Positions 28,723 through 38,815 of a stretch of DNA of 64,000 nt are shown piece by piece. Origin of the DNA: Candidatus Falkowbacteria bacterium. GTDB lineage: Bacteria > Patescibacteriota > Patescibacteriia > JAACEG01. Positions within the stretch are counted from its first letter, which is position 1, and each line of letters begins with the position of its first letter. The position numbers and the translations under genes are program-made. The notes beneath the pieces are model-generated. The model was not told the DNA's origin. It searched no databases and saw only the letters and a program-made list of their open reading frames with translations. The stretch is from positions 36,904-100,903 of the forward strand of contig JABIDK010000002.1 of the NCBI GenBank assembly GCA_018651725.1, read 5' to 3'.

Positions 28723-30598
28723 ATTCTATTATTTCTTTGGTTGAAGTGGTGTTTTCTTCCGGTTCCTTCCCGATTAAACAAACTGCTTGCCAAGGTCTAT
28801 ATCTACTAAACCAAGTTTCTTCGTTTTCCTCTCCCGAGGAGTTGGTTATTTTACGAGTAAACTCTGCATCAGCACCGTTATGAGAACTTTCGGTGCATTT
28901 TTTTTCGCCTGGCTCCAAATCTTCTGTTTCCACGATTTTAGTTGGTCCGGGACTAACTATATTAAAAATTTTTGGCTCTGTTATTTCAACCTCACGCCCG
29001 TCAGATGTTCCCCAAAACTCAAAAGTTAGATTATCTCCTTCTATTTTGGTTTGAATTAAAATATAGTTTCCGGTATCGTTTAAAAATTTCATATCAGGCT
29101 TTGGAATATAAATAGTAGCATCTGTTCCTGCCGGTTCATAATAAGAGACTCGATAAGCGTGTGGTCTGCGTTCTGTGATTGGTAAGCCGGAATCAAGAGC
29201 CACCCGAAAACCAGTCGTGGCAATCTGACAAAGACCACCACCATATTCAGGCACTGTTTTATTCCCTTTTATAACAAGCTCCGGTAAATAACCTGCTTCG
29301 GCATCAATTGTGCCAAGAGCTGAAACTAAAGAGAATTCCTCATCAGATTTAATAAGCAGGCCGTCTAGTGATTCTGCTCCAACTTTTATGTTGTGACGCC
29401 TATTTTGCGGACTGCCTGCAAAACTTGACTCTCCTACTCCCAATAATTCTTTAATCCCTAAATCATTAACAGCTCCAATAGAATTTTTTGCTATGTCTTT
29501 TTCTATTATCATGTTAGCGGTAGAAGAAGCTTGAGCTAAAAATTTATCTTCAATATCAAGCAAAGTTTTATCTATACTTAATTTAACACCATCCCCGCTT
29601 TCTTGAAACTCTAAAACTTTTTCATCTTCAATTTTAAATTTTGCATCCTGGGGCGCAACATTTATTATACTAGCCTCTTCTTCTAAAAATATTTTAATTT
29701 TCTCTTTATCAAATTTTATTTCAGCTTCATCACCTATCACAATCCAATCAATAAACTCTTGATTACTCACAAGCTTCTCCTCTTTACTTGGACAAAAAGA
29801 AACCAAGTTATCATCCAACAAACATTCATACTTTAAAGAAACAGGTGCAACTGACAAAACTTTTTTTACTAAAGGAATCTTGTTTTTTACATCATCTTCT
29901 TTAATGTTTGGATAATCTGTTTTCATGTACATTTGAATAGGCGCAACAGAAAGATTTTTTAAATTATTTTCAGCCCGTTTAATCGACAAATCATAATCAA
30001 AGCTCTTACCAAGTTTTTCAGGTAATACAGTTATCTTAAATTTATTATTTTTAATTTTAATGTCTATTTTAGCGTCTTGACCTGGATCTTCCAGCAAAGA
30101 AAAATTACTAACAAGCACATCGGTCAACTCTTCTTTATTTAACTCAAAATAAACCATTATTTCTTTATTGCTTAAAAAAGCACTTATTCTGTTTTTAATA
30201 TTTAAAAAAATATTTCTCCCCCTACCAAACCTGTAAGCTTCGTTGATTGATTTTTTTAAATTAAAAGAAAAAATTTCCTTAGAAAGCCCCGGGTCTTCCG
30301 TGGCGATAAGCAAAGAACTAACAACAACCTCTTTTTCTTTATACTTAAAAAATAGCCCGTCTTGTATTAATTGATTGCTGGATTTTTCAACTTCTCTAAA
30401 AGCTTCATCAAATGATTTTCCTGACAATTTTATACTGCCAATTTTAACTCCCGGGAAAATTTTATCTTTATAATAAAATTCAAAGGTAAAAAAAGCAGTT
30501 GAACACAAAATCAAAGAAACAAAAAAACCGGTGGCAAAAAAAATAAACCAGCGGCTTTTAAATATTTTAGTAAAAAATTTTAAACTAGTTTTAACCAT
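28721..30598 (-). CDS. VanW-family protein with putative peptidoglycan-binding domains
   Basis: N-terminal TM; NRRHNI, GGGLCQIATT and ERRPH motifs; G5-like C-terminus. Confidence 0.88.
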   Translation of the reverse strand: MVKTSLKFFTKIFKSRWFIFFATGFFVSLILCSTAFFTFEFYYKDKIFPGVKIGSIKLSGKSFDEAFREVEKSSNQLIQDGLFFKYKEKEVVVSSLLIATEDPGLSKEIFSFNLKKSINEAYRFGRGRNIFLNIKNRISAFLSNKEIMVYFELNKEELTDVLVSNFSLLEDPGQDAKIDIKIKNNKFKITVLPEKLGKSFDYDLSIKRAENNLKNLSVAPIQMYMKTDYPNIKEDDVKNKIPLVKKVLSVAPVSLKYECLLDDNLVSFCPSKEEKLVSNQEFIDWIVIGDEAEIKFDKEKIKIFLEEEASIINVAPQDAKFKIEDEKVLEFQESGDGVKLSIDKTLLDIEDKFLAQASSTANMIIEKDIAKNSIGAVNDLGIKELLGVGESSFAGSPQNRRHNIKVGAESLDGLLIKSDEEFSLVSALGTIDAEAGYLPELVIKGNKTVPEYGGGLCQIATTGFRVALDSGLPITERRPHAYRVSYYEPAGTDATIYIPKPDMKFLNDTGNYILIQTKIEGDNLTFEFWGTSDGREVEITEPKIFNIVSPGPTKIVETEDLEPGEKKCTESSHNGADAEFTRKITNSSGEENEETWFSRYRPWQAVCLIGKEPEENTTSTKEIIE

Positions 30599-30887
30599 TT
30601 TCGTCGGTTTCTAGTAATTTATTTAAAATCTCTTGAGGATTCGGGCCCAAAACATCTATGTTAATCTCCCCTTTTTCTTGCCCAGGAAAATATTTTTCAA
30701 ATTCTTCTTTAGAAATTTTTAAATCCTGCTCTTTAATATGAACTATCACATCCCCTGACTCTTCTTTTTCAATAGAAGCTTTAATTTTTGCAGATCCTTT
30801 CACCTCTTGGTTCTCTATTATTTCATTTTTTTGACTACCCTCCGTCTCTTCCCTCTCGATCATTTTCCCCCAGTCAGCTTCTTTCAT
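30591..30887 (-). CDS. Hypothetical protein
   Basis: 98-aa acidic ORF in operon context. Confidence 0.6.
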   Translation of the reverse strand: MKEADWGKMIEREETEGSQKNEIIENQEVKGSAKIKASIEKEESGDVIVHIKEQDLKISKEEFEKYFPGQEKGEINIDVLGPNPQEILNKLLETDENG

Positions 30888-30894
30888 AATAATT

Positions 30895-31350
30895 TTATTT
30901 ATTTATTTTAATCTTAACACCATGCGAAAATTTGGCCTTAGGAATAATTATCGTCAAAATACCATTCTTTAAGGTGGCCTTTAACTTATCTTCCTTAACT
31001 TTAAACGGCAAAACAATAGAACGGGAAAATTTTCCCCAATAACACTCTTCGCAAAAATGCTCTGTTATTTTTCCGTTCAAACCATTAGCCCGTTTTCCGC
31101 AAATAGTTACTATATCATTATTTAAAGATATGTCAAGATCTTCTGGTTCTACTCCGGCAACAATAGACTTAATAATAATTTCATTGTCTTTTTCATATAC
31201 ATCCACCAAGAGCTGACCTTCTGAGGAGTGTTTTTCTTCTTCAAGAAAATCAGTTTGTTTTGTATCGGAAAACAAAAATAAATCTTTTTTTGAGCTATCT
31301 TTTTTTTCTTCTAAAATTTTGCTTAAAATAATTTTTTTATCTTTTTGCAT
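30895..31350 (-). CDS. Hsp20/alpha-crystallin small heat-shock protein
   Basis: VDVYE, ECYWGKFSRSIVLP and KNGILTI motifs. Confidence 0.93.
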   Translation of the reverse strand: MQKDKKIILSKILEEKKDSSKKDLFLFSDTKQTDFLEEEKHSSEGQLLVDVYEKDNEIIIKSIVAGVEPEDLDISLNNDIVTICGKRANGLNGKITEHFCEECYWGKFSRSIVLPFKVKEDKLKATLKNGILTIIIPKAKFSHGVKIKINK

Positions 31351-31354
31351 ATAA

Positions 31355-32731
31355 TTATTTTAATTTTTTATTTAAATAATCATTTAGTTCTTTAATTTTT
31401 ACTCTTTTCTGTTTCATTGTATCACGATCACGAATCGTGACATCGTCTTGCTCTAAAGTATCAAAATCTACTGTTAAGCAATAAGGTGTTCCAATCTCAT
31501 CTTGCCGACGGTAGCGCTTGCCAATATTACCGTTATCGTCAAACTCGCACATATATTCTGTTTTTAAATTATCGTAAATCTCGCGTGCTTTTTCAACTAA
31601 CTTTGGTTTATTTTTCAAAAGTGGAAAAATCGCCACCTTAATTGGTGCTAGTTTTTTTGGAAATTTCATAACTATCCGCTCACTTCCATCTTCTAATTTT
31701 TCTTCCGTATAAGCTGATGATAAAGCAACTAATAAACTTCTATCCAAACCAAAAGTAGGCTCTAAAACATGTGGAACAAATCGTTTATTATTTTGTGGAT
31801 CAAAATATTCCAATTTTTTCCCTGACGCTTTAGAATGTTCTTTTAAGTCAAAATCTCCTCGATGAGCTAAGCCAAATAATTCAGCAAAGCCAAAAGGAAA
31901 ATTATACTCAATATCAACGGTTTTTTGGGAATAATGAGAAAGCTTTTCTTTGGCGTGTTCATATCTTCTTATATTTTTATCTTTTGCACCTAGCTCACTG
32001 GCAAAGTCTTCCTGTAATTTTAACCATTCTTCAAATAAATCTTCCCACTTTACTTCAGGGTCTATAAAATATTCAATTTCCATTTGCTCAAATTCACGAA
32101 CCCTAAAAATAAAATTTCGAGCTACAATTTCATTCCGAAATGCTTTACCTATCTGAGCTATACCAAAAGGAATTTTCACTCGCATTGAATCAACTACATT
32201 TTTAAATTCTAAAAATATTGCTCCGGCAGTTTCCGGTCGCAAGTACACATCACCGTCGAAGCTATTCATATTTGTCTTAAACATCATATTAATATTTCGC
32301 ACCTCAGTCCAATCTGATTTTCCACATTCAGGGCATTTTATTTTCTCTTCTTTTAAAATTTTGGTCATTTCTTCCAATTGCCCTTCTAAATCTTTTCCCG
32401 TCGCTTCCTCTACTAAATGATCGGCACGAAATCTTTTCTTACATTTCCTGCAGTCCGCTAATGCATCATTAAATCCTGTTGTATGTCCGGAAGCCTCCCA
32501 AGCTCTTGGATTAAGTAAAATTGGCCCATCAAGCCCGACTATGTCAATTCGCTCCTGCACAAACATTTTCCACCATAAATCTTTTATATTATTTTTAAGC
32601 TCTCTGCCGTAAGGACCATAAGAATAAGAGTTGGCAAACCCTCCGTAAATTTCTGATGACGGAAAAATAAAGCCTCTCCGCTTAGAGAGAGAAACTATCT
32701 TTTCCATTTTATTATTTTTTTCTTTTGCCAT
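31355..32731 (-). CDS. glyQS: Glycine-tRNA ligase (alpha2 type)
   Basis: RRGFIFPSSEIYGG, LRPETA, FRVREFEQME and IGKRYRRQDEIG motifs. Confidence 0.97.
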   Translation of the reverse strand: MAKEKNNKMEKIVSLSKRRGFIFPSSEIYGGFANSYSYGPYGRELKNNIKDLWWKMFVQERIDIVGLDGPILLNPRAWEASGHTTGFNDALADCRKCKKRFRADHLVEEATGKDLEGQLEEMTKILKEEKIKCPECGKSDWTEVRNINMMFKTNMNSFDGDVYLRPETAGAIFLEFKNVVDSMRVKIPFGIAQIGKAFRNEIVARNFIFRVREFEQMEIEYFIDPEVKWEDLFEEWLKLQEDFASELGAKDKNIRRYEHAKEKLSHYSQKTVDIEYNFPFGFAELFGLAHRGDFDLKEHSKASGKKLEYFDPQNNKRFVPHVLEPTFGLDRSLLVALSSAYTEEKLEDGSERIVMKFPKKLAPIKVAIFPLLKNKPKLVEKAREIYDNLKTEYMCEFDDNGNIGKRYRRQDEIGTPYCLTVDFDTLEQDDVTIRDRDTMKQKRVKIKELNDYLNKKLK

Positions 32732-32791
32732 AAAATAAAATTATTAATTTAACTTCATTTTAGCAATAATAATTTTTAAAGTCAAAATTCA

Positions 32792-32820
32792 TTGACAAAA
32801 ATTAAAGAATATGCTATTAT
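32792..32820 (+). promoter_or_regulatory. Sigma-70 promoter of the 3D-domain gene
   Basis: TTGACA-N17-TATTAT with extended -10 TG. Confidence 0.7.
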
Positions 32821-32899
32821 ATATAGTATAAATGAGACGTATATCCCTTAATCTGTTAAGGGATTTTTTATTGGGAATATCTAAAAATAACCAATTAAT

Positions 32900-33436
32900 A
32901 TGCCTTTCACACTGTTTTACTCAAAAAACCATAAAAATAAACAAAAAAAGCTATTTCAAACAGCGAATTTTATAATTTTGCTATCTTTAATGTTTAATTT
33001 TTCCTTCCCACAAATGACAATAGCGCAAGGTATTGAGGTAAACACTGACGAAATCACAATAATGAATGTATTTTCAGAAGATAAACCAGATCTTAGAACT
33101 TTTGGAGATATTAGAAAAGAAAAAATTATTAACAAAACTGTGATAAAATACACTCGTTATATTCTAGTAACCGCCTACTCTAGCACGGTTGATCAGTGCG
33201 ACAGTACTCCTTTTATTACTGCCAATGGAACAAGAGTCCACGATGGCATTATCGCTGCTAATTCCTTACGATTCGGCACAAAAGTACGTTTCCCGGAGTA
33301 CTCAGGGGGTAAAATATATACTGTAGAAGACCGAATGCACGCCAGATTCAACAAACGAGCCGATATCTGGATGGAAACCAGGCAACAAGCCCAACAATTC
33401 GGTGCCCAATGGCTGAAAATGGAGGTGTTATATTAA
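32900..33436 (+). CDS. 3D-domain (MltA-like) cell-wall protein
   Basis: VTAYSS..QCDSTPFITANG, VEDRM and DIWM motifs. Confidence 0.9.
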   Translation: MPFTLFYSKNHKNKQKKLFQTANFIILLSLMFNFSFPQMTIAQGIEVNTDEITIMNVFSEDKPDLRTFGDIRKEKIINKTVIKYTRYILVTAYSSTVDQCDSTPFITANGTRVHDGIIAANSLRFGTKVRFPEYSGGKIYTVEDRMHARFNKRADIWMETRQQAQQFGAQWLKMEVLY

Positions 33437-33464
33437 AATAAATAATGCTAAATTTATATAAATT

Positions 33465-33497
33465 AAAAATACCGTCAATAATTTGACGGTATTTTTA
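33465..33497. terminator. Intrinsic terminator
   Basis: AAAAATACCGTCAA-taat-TTGACGGTATTTTT. Confidence 0.85.
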
Positions 33498-33568
33498 ATT
33501 TAATGGGTTTACAAGTCTTCTATTATTTACTACAATAAAACTACTAAATAACTATTTAAATAAATTTT

Positions 33569-34822
33569 ATGGAACAATACATTATAGAAGGAGGCACGAA
33601 ATTAAGTGGGGAGATACAAGTTAAAGGTGCTAAAAATTCTGCTTTGAAGATTTTGGCGGCTACTGTTTTAACTAAGGGCGAAAATATAATTAGTAATATT
33701 CCACAAATTAATGATATCGGTCAGTTGATTGAAATTATTAAAGACCTTGGAGTTGAGATTAAAAAAGACAAAAAAGACAGTTTAAAAATTTGCGCTAATA
33801 ACATTAATAAAACTCAAATTAATGAAGAGCTTGGGAGAAAACTACGAGCCTCTATTATTTTGGCCGGACCAATTCTGGCTCGCTTTGGTGAAGTTGAAAT
33901 TCCTCATCCGGGCGGATGTTTGATCGGAAAACGCCCTATCGATATATTTATTGATGGATTTAAGGCTCTAGGAGCTAGCTTTGAAGAAAAAGAAAACAGC
34001 TATAAATTTAAAGCAAAAAAATTAAAAGGGACAAATTATTTTTTCTATAAAATCAGCGTTACCGGCACAGAGACAATGATGATGGCCGCGACCTTGGCAG
34101 AAGGAACAACTGTTTTAAAAAATGCTGCCCAAGAACCGGAGATTCTTGCTTTAGCTGAATATTTAAATTCTTGCGGAGCGAAAATAAAAGGAGCCGGAAC
34201 TTCTACTATCATAATTGAAGGGGTTGAAGAATTAACAGCCAATAAAACAAAAATTATTCCGGATCGAATTGAGACCGGAACTTTTGTTGTTATGGGATTA
34301 TTAACTAAAAGTGAGATCAAAATCACAAATTGCAATCCGAGTCACTTGGAAAATTTTCTGATAATGATAAAAAGGGCCGGTGGAAAACTTGAAATAGGAA
34401 AAGACTACATTAAAACTCTTCCAACAGAAAAATTTAAGCCCGTTGATGTTATTACCCATGAATACCCGGGGTTCCCTACAGACCTACAAGCGCCTTTCAC
34501 TCTTCTTATGACCCAAGCCAGTGGAGCCAGTTTAATTCACGAACCAATTTTTGAAGGGCGGTTATTTTTTACAGACAAATTAAACCAAATTGGCGCTGAT
34601 ATTATAATGTGCGATCCGCATCGTGTAATTGTACATGGCCCTACTTTACTCTATGGTAAAACAGTAGACAGCCCTGACTTGCGAGCCGGTGCTACTTTGA
34701 TTTTAGCCGGGCTTATCGCCCAAGGGAAAACCATAATCGGAAACGTTTACCAAATAGAACGAGGATATGAGAATATTGTCGGGAGATTAAATAATCTGGG
34801 AGCACAGATAGAAGCAAATTAA
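33569..34822 (+). CDS. murA: UDP-N-acetylglucosamine 1-carboxyvinyltransferase
   Basis: GAKNSAL, PGGCLIGKRP, PGFPTDLQ and DLRAG motifs. Confidence 0.98.
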   Translation: MEQYIIEGGTKLSGEIQVKGAKNSALKILAATVLTKGENIISNIPQINDIGQLIEIIKDLGVEIKKDKKDSLKICANNINKTQINEELGRKLRASIILAGPILARFGEVEIPHPGGCLIGKRPIDIFIDGFKALGASFEEKENSYKFKAKKLKGTNYFFYKISVTGTETMMMAATLAEGTTVLKNAAQEPEILALAEYLNSCGAKIKGAGTSTIIIEGVEELTANKTKIIPDRIETGTFVVMGLLTKSEIKITNCNPSHLENFLIMIKRAGGKLEIGKDYIKTLPTEKFKPVDVITHEYPGFPTDLQAPFTLLMTQASGASLIHEPIFEGRLFFTDKLNQIGADIIMCDPHRVIVHGPTLLYGKTVDSPDLRAGATLILAGLIAQGKTIIGNVYQIERGYENIVGRLNNLGAQIEAN

Positions 34823-34825
34823 TAT

Positions 34826-35884
34826 ATGAGGATGAAAACCAAAAAAATTAAAGTTGGTTCTTTGTATATTGGAGGCGATGCTCCAGTTTCAATTCAATCA
34901 ATGACTAATACCGATACAGCTGACACGAAAAAAACTGTTGACCAAATAAAAAAATTGATTCAAGCCGGTTGTGAAATTATCCGCGTAGCTGTTCCTAATA
35001 TGGAAGCAGCGAAAAATTTAGGTGAAATTAAATCACAGATAAATATTCCTCTTGTGGCTGATATACATTTTTCCGATGAACTGGCCTTAGAGGCGATCAG
35101 GCAAGGCGTAGATAAACTAAGATTAAATCCCGGAAACATTGCTCCGGAGAAAATAATAAAAGTTGTCACAGAGGCTAAAAGAAAAAATGTACCGATACGA
35201 ATCGGGATTAACGCCGGATCTTTAGAAAAAGATATTTTAAAAAAATACAAAGGAGAAGCAACCGCCGAAGCCATGGTTGCCTCGGCTAAGCGACATATTG
35301 AAATTCTGGAAAAATTAAATTTTAACGATATTATTGTTTCCTTAAAAGCATCAGATATAGAAAGAACGGTTGAAGCCTACAAAATTTTAAGTAAAGAAGT
35401 TGATTACCCAATGCATGTTGGCGTTACCGAGGCCGGAACACTTTTCCGCGGTACAATAATGTCTGCTATTGGAATTGGGCATTTACTGTACAATGGGATT
35501 GGAGATACTATTCGTGTTTCTTTAACAGCCGATCCGATTGAAGAGATAAAAGTTGCTAAAGAAATTCTGCAATCTTTAAATTTAAGAAAAAAAGGAATAA
35601 CTATTACCAGTTGCCCAACTTGCGGGCGATCAAAAATTGACCTAATTACTCTTGCTCAAAAAGTAGAAAAAGCTTTGGAAAATTGTAATAAACAAATTCA
35701 TATCGCTGTTATGGGCTGTGTTGTAAACGGTCCGGGAGAAGCTCGAGAAGCTGATCTAGCTATTATCGGCGGAAAAAAAATAGGGTTAATTTGCAAAAAA
35801 GGAAAAATTATTAAACAAGTTGAGGAAAAAAATTTATTAAAGGAATTCTTAAAAGAAGTAGACAACTATGAAGATAACAATTAG
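34826..35884 (+). CDS. ispG: (E)-4-hydroxy-3-methylbut-2-enyl-diphosphate synthase
   Basis: IQSMTNT, VADIHF, RLNPGNI, SCPTCGR and MGCVVNGPGE motifs. Confidence 0.97.
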   Translation: MRMKTKKIKVGSLYIGGDAPVSIQSMTNTDTADTKKTVDQIKKLIQAGCEIIRVAVPNMEAAKNLGEIKSQINIPLVADIHFSDELALEAIRQGVDKLRLNPGNIAPEKIIKVVTEAKRKNVPIRIGINAGSLEKDILKKYKGEATAEAMVASAKRHIEILEKLNFNDIIVSLKASDIERTVEAYKILSKEVDYPMHVGVTEAGTLFRGTIMSAIGIGHLLYNGIGDTIRVSLTADPIEEIKVAKEILQSLNLRKKGITITSCPTCGRSKIDLITLAQKVEKALENCNKQIHIAVMGCVVNGPGEAREADLAIIGGKKIGLICKKGKIIKQVEEKNLLKEFLKEVDNYEDNN

Positions 35885-36713
35885 TAAATTTGCTGGTTTT
35901 TGTTCAGGGGCTAAGAAAGCTTATGAAATCACAACAAACATTGCCAAAGAAAATAATAAAAATTTACATATTCTTGGAGATCTTTTACACAATAAAGATG
36001 TAATTAAAAAAATAGAATCCTTGGGAGTAAAAAAAGTAAAAAAAGTTCAAGATATAAAAAAGGGGCGCATTGTTATCACCGCTCACGGGGATGGTAAAAA
36101 TGTATTTGATGAAGCACAAAACAAAGGAGTGGAAGTCGTTAATACAACCTGCCCTAAAGTTATAAAGATTCAACAGCTGGTTAAAAAATTTCATCGAGAC
36201 AACTTGCCGATAGTCATAGTTGGAGATAAAAATCATAAAGAGGTAAAGGGAATTAACGGTTGGTGTAATAAAAGTGCTGTTATAATTTCTAGATTGGAAG
36301 AAATAAAAAATATTAATTTTGACAAGTTGAAAAATGCTGTAATAGTCAGCCAAACTACACAAAACCTAAAAAAATTTCAGGAAATAGCTAAAGTTCTTCA
36401 AGAAAAAATAAAAAACACAAAAGTATTTAACACTGTTTGCGACGCAACCAGAAATAGGCAGGGGGAGACGAGAAAGATAGCTAAGGAAAACGATGCTGTT
36501 ATTGTAATTGGGGGAGAAAAAAGCGCTAACTCGCAAAAATTATTTGAAATAGCCAAAGAACTTAATCCAAAAACATTTTTTATTGAAAACGCAGAGCAGT
36601 TAAATCTAAAAAATTTCATAAATTTGGAGAAAGTTGCCATAACCGCCGGAGCCTCTACCCCGGATTGGGTAATCCAAGAAACTTATCAAAAACTAAAAAC
36701 CTTAAAAAGTTAA
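35868..36713 (+). CDS. ispH: 4-hydroxy-3-methylbut-2-enyl diphosphate reductase
   Basis: AGFC, AHG, TCPKV, HKEV, TVCDATRNRQ and TAGASTP motifs. Confidence 0.96.
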   Translation: MKITISKFAGFCSGAKKAYEITTNIAKENNKNLHILGDLLHNKDVIKKIESLGVKKVKKVQDIKKGRIVITAHGDGKNVFDEAQNKGVEVVNTTCPKVIKIQQLVKKFHRDNLPIVIVGDKNHKEVKGINGWCNKSAVIISRLEEIKNINFDKLKNAVIVSQTTQNLKKFQEIAKVLQEKIKNTKVFNTVCDATRNRQGETRKIAKENDAVIVIGGEKSANSQKLFEIAKELNPKTFFIENAEQLNLKNFINLEKVAITAGASTPDWVIQETYQKLKTLKS

Positions 36714-36717
36714 TTAT

Positions 36718-37776
36718 ATGTCTCTAAAAACAAGACGGATTCTATATATATCTTTTATTATATTTTTTATATTGGTATCAGCGGCTACCATTACTTATAC
36801 TGCCGGCTATCGTTTTCATTTTAAAAAATATAAATTCCAAAAAAACGGTGGGATTTTTTTAGAGTTCAAGCCTAAAGAAGTTAATATTTATATAAACAAC
36901 AAACTTGAAGAATTAACCGGTTTCTTTGACAACTCTTTTAAAATTACAGATCTTCTTCCGGGAGAATACACAATAAAAATTACCAAGGATGGGTATTATT
37001 CCTGGGAAAAATTAATAAAAGTTGAAGAAGATAAAATAAATTTTTTGAAAAATATTATACTTTTTAAAAAAAATACTCTGCCAAAGCTGGTAACAGAAAG
37101 AAATATTATTAATTTATATAATGCTACCTCAACTAACAATCAAATTAATAGATTAAAAGAAATACCGGGGCTGAAAGAAATTGATAATGTATTGGATTTT
37201 AAAATTGTTAATAACAAAATATATTTAATACAAAATGAAAATGAAAAATTTATTCTGCAAGAAATAGATAGAAATGATTTTTCAAAAAAAACATTGCTCG
37301 ATAATATTTCTGCGAGTTCTACTTTTCAATTTGCACCAAAACCTTTTTTATTCTTACTTGATGAAAAAGATAATAATTTAATGGTAATAAATACTAAAAG
37401 CCAAGAGATCATACTTCAAGACAAAGCTAAAAATATTCTTTGGACTCAAAAATTAAAATCAGGTAGCTACAAAATAGCTTACAACAATGATTTTGAAATT
37501 TATGTTTATGATCTTTTAAGTAATGAAAAAAATCTTATCGCCCGCTATAGCGAAAAAATAAACGAGATTCTGTGGCATCCGGAATACAATCATTTATTTT
37601 TTGTCTTTAATGATTCAATAAATATAATCGAACTCACAGATGATGAAAAAAATCTCCATACTTTATTTACAGGTGAAGATATTAAAAATATTACCGTAAG
37701 CGATAAAGGGGACAAAATATTTTTTAACGGTAAAATAGGAAACCAAATTGGGCTGTTTGAGTTGGAAATTCTATAA
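36718..37776 (+). CDS. PEGA-domain membrane-anchored protein
   Basis: N-terminal TM; LLPGEYTIKITKDGYYSWEK; beta-propeller-like C-terminus. Confidence 0.8.
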   Translation: MSLKTRRILYISFIIFFILVSAATITYTAGYRFHFKKYKFQKNGGIFLEFKPKEVNIYINNKLEELTGFFDNSFKITDLLPGEYTIKITKDGYYSWEKLIKVEEDKINFLKNIILFKKNTLPKLVTERNIINLYNATSTNNQINRLKEIPGLKEIDNVLDFKIVNNKIYLIQNENEKFILQEIDRNDFSKKTLLDNISASSTFQFAPKPFLFLLDEKDNNLMVINTKSQEIILQDKAKNILWTQKLKSGSYKIAYNNDFEIYVYDLLSNEKNLIARYSEKINEILWHPEYNHLFFVFNDSINIIELTDDEKNLHTLFTGEDIKNITVSDKGDKIFFNGKIGNQIGLFELEIL

Positions 37777-37782
37777 TCAAAA

Positions 37783-37830
37783 TAAAAAATAGCCCCTCCC
37801 TTTACTAGTAAAGGGAGGGGCTATTTTTTA
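37783..37830. terminator. Bidirectional intrinsic terminator
   Basis: AAAAAATAGCCCCTCC...GGAGGGGCTATTTTTT between convergent genes. Confidence 0.9.
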
Positions 37831-37843
37831 TTTTAAAATATTT

Positions 37844-38731
37844 TTATAATTTCAAATCATGCAAATAATCTTTAAAGCTATCTCCTACTTCTTTATGCTT
37901 TAAGGCAAACTCGACATTAGCTTTTAAATATCCAAGCTTATCTCCTGTGTCGTAATATTTCCCCTCATAAACTAAAGCATGCATTTCTTCGTTCTTTATA
38001 TATTCTTTTATTCCTTCGTTAACATAATACTCTCCACCTTTACTTGGTTTTAATTTTTCCAAAAACGGAAAAATATCAGGAGTTAAAATATTTCTCATTC
38101 CGGCGATATAAAGACCGTCCGGAGAAGCTTGCTCTCCTTTGTCCGGATCCGGCTTCTCCACGGAATCTTCTATTTTATACAAATTATCTTTTATTTCTTT
38201 GCCGTAAATGTTACCGTAACGAGATAAAAACTTTCTTTCTTCTCCTTCGGCCTGCTTGACTCCCACAATCGGCTTACCAGTTTCTTTAAAAATATCTATA
38301 AGTTGTTTTGTCACCGGAACTTTAGCGTCAATTACACTGTCAGCATCTGAAAATGCAAACGGTTCATCACCTATAAACTCTTTAGCGGATAAAAGCGCGT
38401 GTGCTGTTCCAAGCGGTGCCCACTGACGAACATAGGCTATTTTTATCTTATCGTGAATTGCTTTAATTTTTTCTAAAAGGTGCATTTTGTTACTTTTCTC
38501 CAAAGTATATTCCAGCTCAAATAATCTATCAAAATGATTTTCAATGGCGATTTTATTTTTATTAACCACGAAAATAATTTCTTTAATTCCACTATCGATC
38601 ATTTCTTCAACAATAAATTCCAAAACAGGTTTATCAACAATCGGCATTAATTCTTTTGGTTGAGCTTTAGTAGCCGGCAAAAACCGAGTACCGAATCCAG
38701 CGGCAATAATAACAGCTTTTTTAACTTGCAT
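37844..38731 (-). CDS. galU: UTP-glucose-1-phosphate uridylyltransferase
   Basis: AAGFGTRFLPATKAQPKE, VEKP and YDTGDKLGY motifs; start taken at MQVKK. Confidence 0.93.
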   Translation of the reverse strand: MQVKKAVIIAAGFGTRFLPATKAQPKELMPIVDKPVLEFIVEEMIDSGIKEIIFVVNKNKIAIENHFDRLFELEYTLEKSNKMHLLEKIKAIHDKIKIAYVRQWAPLGTAHALLSAKEFIGDEPFAFSDADSVIDAKVPVTKQLIDIFKETGKPIVGVKQAEGEERKFLSRYGNIYGKEIKDNLYKIEDSVEKPDPDKGEQASPDGLYIAGMRNILTPDIFPFLEKLKPSKGGEYYVNEGIKEYIKNEEMHALVYEGKYYDTGDKLGYLKANVEFALKHKEVGDSFKDYLHDLKL

Positions 38732-38815
38732 ATAGTAATCATTTAAATATATAAGCATTTAAACTTTTAAACAATGGCTAGTCTAAAATATTAAAAGCTT
38801 ATATTTTTATTTATA

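Noticed and set aside
28721-30598. Vancomycin resistance locus
   Set aside because: The VanW domain is widespread, and no vanHAX or vanRS genes are present.
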